Origin: a virus
DNA: 64,000 nucleotides
IMG/VR virus record: IMGVR_UViG_3300016665_000370
Span: 29,978 to 93,977 of that record
Strand: one strand, 5' to 3'
The translations under genes and the position numbers were made by a program. Positions within the stretch are counted from its first letter, which is position 1; every line of letters starts with the position of its first letter. This document shows, one piece after another, positions 18,521 through 29,917 of the stretch. The notes beneath the pieces are model-generated. The model saw nothing but the letters and a program-made list of their open reading frames with translations. It searched no databases and was not told the DNA's origin.

Positions 18521-21500
18521 TCAGAAGTAATTTAAGAATATCCTTGAATTAGCTGGCTTGAGTATCTTTAATAATCTTTCCAGTATTTTCTTGCTTTGAG
18601 GATTATCTTTTAATATATTAAAAGAGTCGAATATATCTAACGTAAACTCATATATTCCTGACTTTTTATTTACTATACTTGCAAAATCTTCAAAAAGCTC
18701 ATAACTTATATTTGAATCCAACAAATATGTTGTATACAAATCTTTTACTACTGGTAAAGAACTATTGCCTAGATAATTTATATCTATAGATTCATTTAGA
18801 TATTTAAATGGCTCTCTATATTTATTTGATATTCTTAGATTATCTATTAAAACATTTCCATAATTTTTATTTGTATAATCACTTCCTATTGTAAAATAAT
18901 TTAATGTATCTTTAAATACAATTGGCTCAAGAATTGAATAACCATCATATCCATCTCCTACATATGTAGATCCATAAATATATGGTTGATCTCTAAATAC
19001 ATCATTTTCATATGACAAAGAATTATACTTATATCCATCAATAAATAACAATAAGTTTTCATTTATTGAATTAAACTTATAGCTAGCTTTAATTCTATGC
19101 CATGAATTTCTTTCCCATACAATTGGTGCTCTTATAGAATAATTCTTATCAGATGCTTTTATCTCAAAGTTTAATAAATTATCTTCATCTTTGTAGATAG
19201 AAATTCTATCTCCATTAGATCCTTTTGGAATATAATTTACAACTACTTTTGTATTGTTTGATGGGAGTTCTTTTCCTAAAATAATTACTTGAGAATTTGT
19301 TTTTATAATTTCTTTTGGCTTATAAGATACAACAACACTTACATTATCATTAGGAAGAGATTTGTTTAAATAAATTGTTTTTCCATCAGACGCAATAACT
19401 CCATCATCAAAATAATCAATTACAGAATAATTGTTTGCTTTTACATAAAGTATTTGACTTGCTTCTTGAGAAATAACTACTTTATTTGAAGTACTAGATG
19501 TAACAATTTCATTTATAGAATCATTTCTATAATAATCTATTCTTCCACCTGAAAAGTAATTAATATCTGAATTTAATGTTTTTACAGATAATATTTCTTT
19601 TGCCTTGGAAGATAACTCTAAAGTCTTTTTAGATAATGAAGTTACTTCTTCTGATATTGCTGAACTTGAATCAAAATAATATCTTTTATTATAATCATAT
19701 ACAGTATCAAATATAGGACTTACCCAAAATTCTATTGTTCCTTCTTTTTTAGAATCTAAATATCCTAAATTCTCTACTTGTATATTTCTATTATTTAAAT
19801 ATACAGCATTTTCAAATTCTTCATTTAAACTTGAATTTGCATAAATTATATTATTATCTTTTATTGCTGCATAATACAAAGATTCATTTTCAAATGGAAA
19901 TGAATTAAATGTAGATTTAAAAATTAAATTCTTTGTATTTTTGGTTCCTTTGATTAAATTAAAGTTTTTTGTAACAGAATCAATATCAGAAGTAGATTCC
20001 CCTGCTCTTACATCCGAAAGAACAGTATTATATATACACAATTCATTTATAATTGAATTACAATGGTTTTCTGAATTAATATCAGAACCTATGAATAATT
20101 CTTTTGGTAATTCAAAATTAATAGAAATATAAGATGGATATAAAAATTCATAATATCCTTTTCTTAATAAATATTGCTGACCTGGATAGTCCAAAGGTTC
20201 AAAATTAAAGAAACCATTCTGAGTTCCAGATGGAACCTCAGCATGTCTCACAACTTTGTAATATCCATCCGTAAAATCATCTATAGGCAAAGTATAGCCT
20301 GTTGAGTATGGATCAATCTCTAGAATGTTATAGTTTACTCCTGTAATTCTATAGAATCCAGCCACTTCAACAGGCTCTTCAATTAACAAAGAATCTCCAA
20401 CATTTGAAATTGAAAATTTATTTTCTAAATCAATTACTGTATTGCTTGAATTCTTTTCTAATTTAGTACCTTGATTAACAACATAACTATATTTTAATAC
20501 TGGAGTAAAATAACTTATCTCAGGTTCAAATATTGATTCTGATTCTATGCACTTAACAGAACAAAATGGTTTTGATGTATTTATTGCATATCCATCAATT
20601 GTTATTTGATTTACTGAAAAGAATAAATTTGTTGTTTCTAATTCTCCATAATCTGTAAAAGATAGTATTTCTGATGTATTTATGTAATTAACATTTCCAA
20701 ATACTTCTATATTTACTGGATATGTAAAATCAATGTTTGATCCATTTAGTATTACTTTTACTTTTCTACCAGATTGTGAATTGATTGGATTATCTGTATC
20801 TACAGATCCATCAAACTTAGTTCCAAATAAACCTGATAATGTAGTATTTGTTGAATTAAAAGAATAACTATCTAATAGTATTTTCTTTATTATTACATCT
20901 TCTGTAGATATTGGTTTTGGTAATTGTGTTTTTATTATATTGGATAAGTTATCTGACCATTGATAGTATTTTCCTTTTACTATTTCATGATTTAATCCAA
21001 GACTTTCGGCAAATAATAATTCGTTTGAATTTAAACCATTTTTAACTATAATTTGATATCTATCAAATTCATAATCAGATACTTCTGCTCTTGGACTTCT
21101 TAGTTCAATTTCATTTGTTGAGTAAATGAAAAATTCATAATTTGTACCAGTTACAGGTAAAGTACTATCTAATGTTAATGTATTTCCAGATATTGAAACT
21201 ATTGTATAGTAATTATCAAATTGACTATCGTTAATTCTTATTAAATCACCAACAGAAGCAATTGTGTCAAAATCAGATAATAAAGAAGTAACTACATCTG
21301 TAGAATTTGTAGATAAATCTGATTCTGTATAATAATGAGAAAGCTTATAGAAATAATTATTGTTATTTAAGTAATATCTTCCATAACCATCAAATATAGT
21401 TTTATTTACGCTAAATTCTAAATCGGTTAATGATACTGGCATTGCAGTATCTAAAGTAAGATCTTGTCCTGAAATGTTTGTTATTTCATAACCAGCAGAA

Positions 21501-24500
21501 TCAAACAAATCATTGAATATATAAATTCTATCTCCTATAGATACATTATAGGCAGCAAAGTTAATTAAAGAAGAAACTATATTTGATCCAGAAGTTGTTT
21601 CAAGATCTATAGATCCAACAATATCTTTTCCAGAAACTCCTATAAATGATTCTTTGGATATTGTTCTAAATTCTTGATGAATGTAATTTCTTATATTATC
21701 TGAGTACTTAGATATATTAGAAACTTCTTGCCCATCTATAAATAGATGAAGTTCATCTTTCTTGGACTTGGAGCCTACTCTCCATGCAAGGTATATTTGA
21801 TGAGCTTCTCCCGAAATCCAATCAGAAACATCTTTTGATATTGAATATCTTTTACCTTTAGTATCTATTATTTCAAAAACAAGATAACCAGACTTATCCT
21901 TATATAAGGAAAATCTACTTTTATCTTTTTTCATATCAATAAAGTATTTTTTACTATCAGCAATAAATCCATACAATTCATTTTTTGCTGTAGAACTACT
22001 TGTAATTGATATTTTACTATTTGTAGATGTTGTGCTTGCTGGATATCCATCTATTATTCTAAAATCATAAAAATCAGAATTTAATTTTACTTTAAAAGTA
22101 TTTGTTGCTGTAGAATATCCATCTATAATTCTTAGATACCATCTTTCAAATAAATTAGATTCATCATTATCCAAGTAAAAATAAAGTCCATCTTTATTAA
22201 AGTTAGGAGATCCTTTAATTACATTAGATAATGTAAATATATTTGATTCTGGATGTAATTCTGTTGATCCAATAAATATCTTATCTGAAGATATAGCTAA
22301 ATTATCTTCTAATACTTCTACTTGAATTTCTTTTTGATTATCAATTCCATTCCATTGAGGAATTGCCCAAAATCCTAAAGATCCTTCTTCTATATTTAAA
22401 TTATTAAATGTATCAAACTTAATTGATCCATTATCAATTAAAACTCCATTACCATGTTTAGCTGGTAATATTTCAAAAGTACCATTTGTTTCTATAGATT
22501 TTGGCTTTAATAGACTTTGACCTAATGACCAAAAATTAAATGCAGATTCCTTTACATCTGGTTCTGTATGTACAATTTGTTTTACTATATTTTTTATAGC
22601 TGGAATCGTTGGACCTAATATAAAAGAACTTAAAGCTGCATAAATTGCATCTCTATATCTTTCTCTATTAAAAGATGGATCTATATTAGAGATTTCATCT
22701 ACATTAATTAATGTAGAGAAGTTTTTAGATAAAGCATCTCTTAATGCTCCAACTTTATAGCTAACATAATATTGAGAATTTGTTGGAATTGTAAGGCTTT
22801 CTCTAAAGTCTAATGAATTAGATCCAAACTCATAATTTACTAATATTTCATCTGCAAGATAATTGTAATCTATATATAAATCTCCTCTAGAATAATCAAC
22901 TACAACTCTAGATAAATTATTTATTGTAAATAATAAATCTATTTTTACTGTTTCTATTGTAGTTGTATCTAAGAATATTTTATTTGAGTTTTCTTCTATT
23001 GTATAAGAAAGAACATCTATATCTGTATTTAGCAAAACTGATGTTGCTGTAAATTCATAAGTAATATTTGAAGAGTTGTAATATATTTCTTTTGGAATCT
23101 CAACAAAATATCCATCAATAGAATATTCGCTAACTAAAAATAATGTTTTGGAAAATGAATTTGTTTCTATTGATTTATTTGAATAGTTAGAATAATTTGC
23201 AAAATTTATTGGATTTGTTGAATTTATGAAATCTTCATATTCATACAATCCATATATACTTGATACTTCATTCTTTACTTTATTAATAAAATTAGAATTT
23301 TCTACATATCCTACTTTTGAATTAATTAATAAATAAGGATTGCTATTTATAGAATCTTCTTTTGAATTAGGTAAATTATTTATTTCAATAGAATCTTCAT
23401 TAATAGAAACTACATCTACTTTAATTAATTCTGTTGAAGGTTGAATATAATTCAAAGAATTAACATACAATGGATTTTTATTTATTGTAGTTAAATTTGA
23501 ATATTTGTAATTAGCTTCTCCAAAGTTTTCTATTGTAAGAGAATTTACTCCTACATACAATAAAGAATTTTCATAGTCAACAACATATTCTCCAACATTC
23601 TGAATTGAATCTATGCTATTATAATTTCTTTCTGTAACAAAGATATTATTATCTAAAGCAAGACTTGTATTTTTAAAGCTTGCTATTCTATCATTTGTTG
23701 ATGAAATTATATATTTGTTTAATAATTCAAACTTAGCAACAATAATTGTATTTGCATTTGTTGAATAATTTGTAGGAATTAGTTTTTCTGTTGCTAATTT
23801 GAAATCTACAATTTCTTGAGTATTTAATATTCTTGGAGGTGTATTGTATCTAAAATATACTTTGTTTCCATCAAATCTAGATAACTGATAAACTTCACCA
23901 GAAGTTTCATTATATATTCTAAATACGTTTGTTATTGGATAGTTTTTTGTATTTAAAACATTTAAAGCTGTTAATCTATTATTTATTCTTTCATTTAAAG
24001 ATTCTTCATGTAGATTTGCTTTATAATCTTCTCCATTAACAAATACAAATTCAAAATTATAGTTTACATAAATTGTTTTATCAATTGCTTTTCCTTTTGG
24101 AAGAATAGCTAGATCATATGTATTTGAATCATATACATAATCTATTTCAGACTGGAAGGTCTGTTTATATGTGTAAGAGACTACTGGTGGTTCTGGACCC
24201 GAACCTATATTTGATGAGCTTGCTCCATAAACATAAATATTTCCATTCTCATAATTAATAGAATATTGTCCGGGAGCAAATGGCAACTCTTCATATCTAA
24301 ATTTTATTTCATATAAAAATGCTGGATGAGTTGTATTTGAATTTAAATTAATAAATGTTAATCCATTTGATTCTGGAGTATTATTATCTCCATCAATTAT
24401 ATTTGCATTCTTTAAAAAGAAATTTGTAGATATTGGAGGTAATACTTCTCTTACTACATTTTTCCTAGAAAAAATATCTACATTAGAAATTATCTTTCCG

Positions 24501-25486
24501 ATATTTTTATAATAATATTCTACATCAACTTTTACAATTTGTGCAATATCAAAGTTTTCATCTTTTAAGATTTCTTCATTTAATTTTATTTGATTTGATT
24601 CTAATGTAAAATAAGTTGATGCAAAATCAGAATCATATTTTGAATCTAATATTTGATATCCATATTTTTCTATATTGTAATTATAAATTGGATTTATTGT
24701 TGATAATGTAAATACAATTGATTTTACTTTTATAATATTTTGTTTTGATAAGTTTAAATTAAAATTCAATATATTAAAGAAACCAGAAGAATCTATAGAA
24801 TTAGGAGTAAGTATTTCTGTTTTATATGTTTCTTGTAATGAAACTAATTTGTATTTTGATGAATCAAAAATATAAGTATCTGTTGAAAATGTATTTGTTG
24901 GTCTTGGAGCAACTCTTATAATTTCATAAGCACTACCTTCATTTAATTTATCAAAAGGTCCAGAACCTCTTGTTTTTAATTCATCTGTAACTGTATAAGA
25001 AATATAATTTTCATTTTTTACATTCTTAATAGCATCTAATGCTACATCTAAATTCTTAGAAATAGAATTTATAATTGTAGATGTAACCGTATTATCTTCT
25101 AAACTATAAACTCCATCTTCTAATGATTGATTTATTAATTGCTTAAATATATTTTCTTTTTCTATTGGTCCAAGAATATCAAATCTATTACCTACATTAT
25201 CCTGTAATAAAATAGCTTTGTTATCTTTTGAAATAAATGGATATGAAATTGTCTTTAAGGCTTTTACATAATAAGTAATAAATGGAGTTAATGGTTGGCA
25301 TTTTACAAATAAAAGATTATCCTTAATTTTTACATTAAGAACTTCAGAATCAGGAATAGAAGAATTGCTTGATACTATATTAATATTTGCAGTCTTTATT
25401 CCTAATGTTAAGTTATGAGAAAATTCTAATATTAAGTCTTGACTTGATTTTACTTCAACATTGATTAGCCTTAAATTTTCCATCAT
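18521..25486 (-). CDS. Giant baseplate wedge protein (P2 gpI/T4 gp7-like core) with two LamG-like domains
   Basis: RERYRDAI...GPTIPAIKNIV and C-terminal LKPANSRIF. LamG motifs EGSLGFW/EGTIEFW, WHRIKASY, LFIDG, IGSD, IDNLRIS. Follows the baseplate J gene. Confidence 0.75.
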   Translation of the reverse strand: MMENLRLINVEVKSSQDLILEFSHNLTLGIKTANINIVSSNSSIPDSEVLNVKIKDNLLFVKCQPLTPFITYYVKALKTISYPFISKDNKAILLQDNVGNRFDILGPIEKENIFKQLINQSLEDGVYSLEDNTVTSTIINSISKNLDVALDAIKNVKNENYISYTVTDELKTRGSGPFDKLNEGSAYEIIRVAPRPTNTFSTDTYIFDSSKYKLVSLQETYKTEILTPNSIDSSGFFNILNFNLNLSKQNIIKVKSIVFTLSTINPIYNYNIEKYGYQILDSKYDSDFASTYFTLESNQIKLNEEILKDENFDIAQIVKVDVEYYYKNIGKIISNVDIFSRKNVVREVLPPISTNFFLKNANIIDGDNNTPESNGLTFINLNSNTTHPAFLYEIKFRYEELPFAPGQYSINYENGNIYVYGASSSNIGSGPEPPVVSYTYKQTFQSEIDYVYDSNTYDLAILPKGKAIDKTIYVNYNFEFVFVNGEDYKANLHEESLNERINNRLTALNVLNTKNYPITNVFRIYNETSGEVYQLSRFDGNKVYFRYNTPPRILNTQEIVDFKLATEKLIPTNYSTNANTIIVAKFELLNKYIISSTNDRIASFKNTSLALDNNIFVTERNYNSIDSIQNVGEYVVDYENSLLYVGVNSLTIENFGEANYKYSNLTTINKNPLYVNSLNYIQPSTELIKVDVVSINEDSIEINNLPNSKEDSINSNPYLLINSKVGYVENSNFINKVKNEVSSIYGLYEYEDFINSTNPINFANYSNYSNKSIETNSFSKTLFLVSEYSIDGYFVEIPKEIYYNSSNITYEFTATSVLLNTDIDVLSYTIEENSNKIFLDTTTIETVKIDLLFTINNLSRVVVDYSRGDLYIDYNYLADEILVNYEFGSNSLDFRESLTIPTNSQYYVSYKVGALRDALSKNFSTLINVDEISNIDPSFNRERYRDAIYAALSSFILGPTIPAIKNIVKQIVHTEPDVKESAFNFWSLGQSLLKPKSIETNGTFEILPAKHGNGVLIDNGSIKFDTFNNLNIEEGSLGFWAIPQWNGIDNQKEIQVEVLEDNLAISSDKIFIGSTELHPESNIFTLSNVIKGSPNFNKDGLYFYLDNDESNLFERWYLRIIDGYSTATNTFKVKLNSDFYDFRIIDGYPASTTSTNSKISITSSSTAKNELYGFIADSKKYFIDMKKDKSRFSLYKDKSGYLVFEIIDTKGKRYSISKDVSDWISGEAHQIYLAWRVGSKSKKDELHLFIDGQEVSNISKYSDNIRNYIHQEFRTISKESFIGVSGKDIVGSIDLETTSGSNIVSSLINFAAYNVSIGDRIYIFNDLFDSAGYEITNISGQDLTLDTAMPVSLTDLEFSVNKTIFDGYGRYYLNNNNYFYKLSHYYTESDLSTNSTDVVTSLLSDFDTIASVGDLIRINDSQFDNYYTIVSISGNTLTLDSTLPVTGTNYEFFIYSTNEIELRSPRAEVSDYEFDRYQIIVKNGLNSNELLFAESLGLNHEIVKGKYYQWSDNLSNIIKTQLPKPISTEDVIIKKILLDSYSFNSTNTTLSGLFGTKFDGSVDTDNPINSQSGRKVKVILNGSNIDFTYPVNIEVFGNVNYINTSEILSFTDYGELETTNLFFSVNQITIDGYAINTSKPFCSVKCIESESIFEPEISYFTPVLKYSYVVNQGTKLEKNSSNTVIDLENKFSISNVGDSLLIEEPVEVAGFYRITGVNYNILEIDPYSTGYTLPIDDFTDGYYKVVRHAEVPSGTQNGFFNFEPLDYPGQQYLLRKGYYEFLYPSYISINFELPKELFIGSDINSENHCNSIINELCIYNTVLSDVRAGESTSDIDSVTKNFNLIKGTKNTKNLIFKSTFNSFPFENESLYYAAIKDNNIIYANSSLNEEFENAVYLNNRNIQVENLGYLDSKKEGTIEFWVSPIFDTVYDYNKRYYFDSSSAISEEVTSLSKKTLELSSKAKEILSVKTLNSDINYFSGGRIDYYRNDSINEIVTSSTSNKVVISQEASQILYVKANNYSVIDYFDDGVIASDGKTIYLNKSLPNDNVSVVVSYKPKEIIKTNSQVIILGKELPSNNTKVVVNYIPKGSNGDRISIYKDEDNLLNFEIKASDKNYSIRAPIVWERNSWHRIKASYKFNSINENLLLFIDGYKYNSLSYENDVFRDQPYIYGSTYVGDGYDGYSILEPIVFKDTLNYFTIGSDYTNKNYGNVLIDNLRISNKYREPFKYLNESIDINYLGNSSLPVVKDLYTTYLLDSNISYELFEDFASIVNKKSGIYEFTLDIFDSFNILKDNPQSKKILERLLKILKPANSRIFLNYF

Positions 25487-28400
25487 CTAAATTCTGTGTT
25501 AATAGTTAGTTCATCTAACTCAAAATATTCATTATTTTGAGCAACTAACTTAACAACAGAACCACTAACTCCAGATTTATTGAAGTAAATTAATCTTGCT
25601 CTATCTACTCCTTCAACAGATTCAGCAGCTAATTGTAAATCTACATCTTCTAATGTTCTTCCTAATTCTAATGTATTTACTAAGTTTGTTATTGCATTAC
25701 TAACGTTTTGCTTTATTGTAGATTCTGTTAATCCATTTGTTAATGTAACTAGTATTAATAGTTCAATAGATACTTGTAACTTAGATGCTTCTTTTACTAA
25801 CACATCTGCATTAATTGGTCTTGTTGATTCTATTCTAAATGTAACATCTCCAATAAGTTTATTATAATTGTATCTTAATGTAATTCTTTCATTTTGTTTT
25901 GGTCCTATATAATCATAAAATACTTTGTATCTAGATGAAGAATTTGGTTGATTAAACAAACTAATACTTAATCTAGTAGATTGTGAACTTCTAAATCCAG
26001 AACTAGATATTTTGTTTATATATACAAAATTTTTATTTGTATATAATGTTCCATTTCTTGTAAAATTAATTGATTCAGAATCATTTTCTACAACAAAATA
26101 AAATGTTCCTAATAATTTATCTCCTATTGTAGTAGATTCATTTAATTGAAGATCTAATCTACTTAATGATTCATCATATACAAAATTATCAAAATACTTA
26201 TTATCTAGCAAACCAGTATTAAACAGATTGTAAGAATAATCTTTTGATAATACAATATCTCCATCTGTAGTTACCTTCTCTAATGAAACTACTTTTACTA
26301 ATTTTATAGAAGAGCTTATTGTAGAACTAGATGTTAATCCAAGATATTTTCTTATAGCTTCTGCAAAGTTTACTTTTCCATTAGAATAAATACTAGAGAA
26401 AACTATATCTTTTGCTTTGTACAATGTTGTTCCGCTTATTGTAATAGATCCTGGATTTACAACATTATCTGATAATGTACATGCTAGCTTACTTGATGAG
26501 TTTTTAATTAAATTATAAGAATATAAAACAAATAACACATAATCATTTACAGTATAAGATCCAGATAATATAATTTTGTTATTATCTTTATCTATTGTAT
26601 AAGAAGTAAGTTCTTTATTATCTTTTATTCTATTTAAAAATAAATTATTTGAGTTTATATTTGATACATCTTTTTTTATTTTAATAAAATTTCCAAATAT
26701 AGAATATGCAGTAATATCATAAATTCCTTTATTTAATCCAGATATTGATAATTTATAATTACCTACACTTGGAATGTCTATTACTGTAAAAGATGCTCCA
26801 AATAATGCATAACTAGAATAATCTGTTAGTGCGCCATCACTTCCAGAAAACAATACATATCCATCATCTTCTCTAAATACACTATATTCTATGGAAGTAT
26901 CATTAACAAAGCTATTTAGTGGTAAATAATAATTTGTTCCATCAAATTTGATTTGATCAAATCTATATAATAATAAATCATTTGAATAATTTATATTTTG
27001 AAATCTTGATAATTCTTTTGGATAATATACAATAATAACATTATCTCCAATGGCTGGAGTATTATATCCAGTAAGAACAGCTTGATATTTTTGACTTACA
27101 ATATCTAATGTACCTTCATTATCAGAATTCCAAAATTCTACATTATCAGTGATTCTAAATATACTAACAATATCAACTGAATTTAATGTTGTAACATCTA
27201 ATTCTGCATACAAATCTCCATTTGTATTTTGTTGAATTGTTGCATTTTGAGTTCTGATATTATTTGTAATGGATTGGCTTTGTCCGCCAGCAAACGAATT
27301 TAAAAATCCATTTGCTAATTTACTTGTTGGTAAACTTGTAATATTTCCATTAAAACTAGAAGATGCACTTGCTATATAAGCTACATCAAGATTTATCTTT
27401 GGTTCTAGCGTGTCTATATTGTTGAATGGAATTGTAATTGTAAAATTAGATGCAGTTCCTGAAATATTATCAACTGTAAATACATTCTGTTCATTTGTTT
27501 TTACAGTTACATAATTGTTTTCTGCTGCTGTTGTATCTGTTGGTAAAATAATTGTTACATTATAATAAACATCTCCATTAAATAATGTATTTGTATATTC
27601 AAACAAACCATCATTTTTATTTGATTTAAATAATTCTGTATTTAAATATCTTAGACTTACAGAATAAATTGATTCTGGTAAAGTATCTACATTAGATAGA
27701 ATTACTTGTAATCTATCTACATATCTACCAGAAGTTATTTTAGTAACAATACCACTGTATTGTCTATATTTATTACAATAGAGTATTGTATTGATTGGAA
27801 GACTAGAAGAACCAACAAAGAATGAAGATGTATTATCTAATTCAAAAGATATTGTTTCTTTTGATAAAGAGCTGTATCCCCAATCAATACTATCATCAAC
27901 AATTCTTTTATTATTTGTATTTTCTAATCCATCAAAATCTAAATGAGAGTCATAAGAAACTATCCAGCTATAATCTACTTGCAAAACATCTGTTGCTGTA
28001 GGTAATGTATTTCCAGATATTTTTATTCTTCCATTATTATTTATAGATCCATAACCATCTACATTTTGATTTGTAATTACATATCTTTCTCCAGTATTTG
28101 TATTAAATACTCTTGTAACATTTGTTACTGGATAATGAAGTAATTGTATAATAGATCTGTCAGATGTTACTTTTGAATTTTCATTTGTTATTAATATAGA
28201 TTGTTCTATTTTAGATATTCTTGATACATCAGTAAATGTTAATTGATCTTGTCCACTTACTTGATTCTTTATTCTATCTTCTGAGAAATCTTTAATTGTA
28301 TTAGATACCCATTTTAGTTTATCAAATCCCCAAGGACTTCCTGAATAATATCCTGTATCTTTTAGCAATTCATAGTTGCCAGATATTCTTCCATATTGAT

Positions 28401-29472
28401 CAACAGATTTTTCTTTAAAGTTAGATCCAGATAATGATCCTGTAATTTGTACAATATTTTCTACAGGTTGAGTTGGTAAAACTCCGTTTCTAATATTATC
28501 TACTCTTTTCTTTGAAACTGTTTTATTTTCATCTGCTAAGATTTGTCCAATTACATAATTATTTAATGAATTTGTTGGATCATTTTCATTTGATTTATCC
28601 AAATAAATAAATGAATCAGTTGCTTCTATTAAATTAGATCCAAGAATAATAATATCTACTTTACCTCCATCACCTTCTTTAACAATAGATAAATTACCTT
28701 CAGAGTCTTTATTTACTACAGTACCATCTCTTGTCATTAAAGGATCATTTGGTTCTACTACATAAGTATCAACTACTCCAGAAACACTAGATGCAGAATT
28801 AAAATATCCTAAATTAGTTCCTACACTTGATCCGCTAAATGTAGATAAAACTCTATCTCTAAATGCAGCATCATTTTCAGAATCTAATCCTCCATTAAAT
28901 GAATTTACATTGATAACATTACTAGCTCCAACTATATTTGTTCTTGCAAGACTATATTTAGCAATGTTACCAGATGTTCCTGTTGTATTTGCACTTACAG
29001 AAACTTCTACTGCAAACTCATCTGTTATTCTAAGTGCATCTAAATCAGCTCTATATTTAGTTGCTATTCCTCTATAAAAATTAGAATTTGAATTACTTAC
29101 AACACTACTTGTATTAATTGAAAATGGAATTCCATTTGTAGAGAAAACTAAATCTCCTCGATTAATTGCAACATTTCCTTCTATAGACTGAAATGTAATA
29201 ATAGCAATTCCTGAAGCAGATGTTGCAGTTTGTCTAGATAATCCAAAGTTTCTTGCTAGCTTATCTAAATCAGATCCAATAACAAGTCTTAATGATTGTT
29301 TTGAAGATATATTTGCAAGCTCATCATATAATAAAGATAATTGACTTGCTAATGGACCAATAAATATATCTCTTGTTACAGTTCCTGGCTTTGTATCTAA
29401 TTCAGGTTTTACCAATCTGTAAAAATCTATTAGATTAGAAATTATTTCGTTGGTATTTCTTATGTTAACCAT
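25483..29472 (-). CDS. Baseplate J / gp6-like wedge protein with large insertions
   Basis: KPGTVTRDIF, GSDLDKLARNFGLSRQTATSASG, GGLDSENDAAFRDR, GGKVDIII, VEGVD. Confidence 0.9.
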   Translation of the reverse strand: MVNIRNTNEIISNLIDFYRLVKPELDTKPGTVTRDIFIGPLASQLSLLYDELANISSKQSLRLVIGSDLDKLARNFGLSRQTATSASGIAIITFQSIEGNVAINRGDLVFSTNGIPFSINTSSVVSNSNSNFYRGIATKYRADLDALRITDEFAVEVSVSANTTGTSGNIAKYSLARTNIVGASNVINVNSFNGGLDSENDAAFRDRVLSTFSGSSVGTNLGYFNSASSVSGVVDTYVVEPNDPLMTRDGTVVNKDSEGNLSIVKEGDGGKVDIIILGSNLIEATDSFIYLDKSNENDPTNSLNNYVIGQILADENKTVSKKRVDNIRNGVLPTQPVENIVQITGSLSGSNFKEKSVDQYGRISGNYELLKDTGYYSGSPWGFDKLKWVSNTIKDFSEDRIKNQVSGQDQLTFTDVSRISKIEQSILITNENSKVTSDRSIIQLLHYPVTNVTRVFNTNTGERYVITNQNVDGYGSINNNGRIKISGNTLPTATDVLQVDYSWIVSYDSHLDFDGLENTNNKRIVDDSIDWGYSSLSKETISFELDNTSSFFVGSSSLPINTILYCNKYRQYSGIVTKITSGRYVDRLQVILSNVDTLPESIYSVSLRYLNTELFKSNKNDGLFEYTNTLFNGDVYYNVTIILPTDTTAAENNYVTVKTNEQNVFTVDNISGTASNFTITIPFNNIDTLEPKINLDVAYIASASSSFNGNITSLPTSKLANGFLNSFAGGQSQSITNNIRTQNATIQQNTNGDLYAELDVTTLNSVDIVSIFRITDNVEFWNSDNEGTLDIVSQKYQAVLTGYNTPAIGDNVIIVYYPKELSRFQNINYSNDLLLYRFDQIKFDGTNYYLPLNSFVNDTSIEYSVFREDDGYVLFSGSDGALTDYSSYALFGASFTVIDIPSVGNYKLSISGLNKGIYDITAYSIFGNFIKIKKDVSNINSNNLFLNRIKDNKELTSYTIDKDNNKIILSGSYTVNDYVLFVLYSYNLIKNSSSKLACTLSDNVVNPGSITISGTTLYKAKDIVFSSIYSNGKVNFAEAIRKYLGLTSSSTISSSIKLVKVVSLEKVTTDGDIVLSKDYSYNLFNTGLLDNKYFDNFVYDESLSRLDLQLNESTTIGDKLLGTFYFVVENDSESINFTRNGTLYTNKNFVYINKISSSGFRSSQSTRLSISLFNQPNSSSRYKVFYDYIGPKQNERITLRYNYNKLIGDVTFRIESTRPINADVLVKEASKLQVSIELLILVTLTNGLTESTIKQNVSNAITNLVNTLELGRTLEDVDLQLAAESVEGVDRARLIYFNKSGVSGSVVKLVAQNNEYFELDELTINTEFR

Positions 29473-29484
29473 ATTTTAATATGA

Positions 29485-29916
29485 TTATATTGTGCTTAAT
29501 CTAAATGCTGTTGTAATTGGTTTAAATCCTTTTGTTATTACTGTAATATAAATTTCATAAACTCTTGGATCAAATTGACTTCTTACTACATCAACAGATT
29601 TTATACTAGCAATTTGTTCATCAGCAGACATTTTTTGATTTGATTTAATTTGATAAATCTGTAAATCTTTTAGATTTTCAAGAGCTTTTGTAATTTGATT
29701 CTTAGAAATTGAATTTAATAAAGTTTCAGATTCTGGAGATCCAATAATACTTTTAGATAAAAATGATCCATACCATGGATTTAATTTATCAAAACCAACA
29801 GGAGTTAAACATATCTTTAATACATCTTGAATTAATTTCTCAGAATCAGTAATAGTTTTAATATCTCCATTTTCTATTACCAAATCTCCATTTTTTATTT
29901 TTAAATCAAAAGACAT
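29485..29916 (-). CDS. gp25-like baseplate protein (sheath initiator)
   Basis: DLKIKNGDLVI...KLIQDVLKICLTPVG...PWYGS...DPRVYEIYITV; located immediately before baseplate J. Confidence 0.85.
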   Translation of the reverse strand: MSFDLKIKNGDLVIENGDIKTITDSEKLIQDVLKICLTPVGFDKLNPWYGSFLSKSIIGSPESETLLNSISKNQITKALENLKDLQIYQIKSNQKMSADEQIASIKSVDVVRSQFDPRVYEIYITVITKGFKPITTAFRLSTI

Positions 29917-29917
29917 A

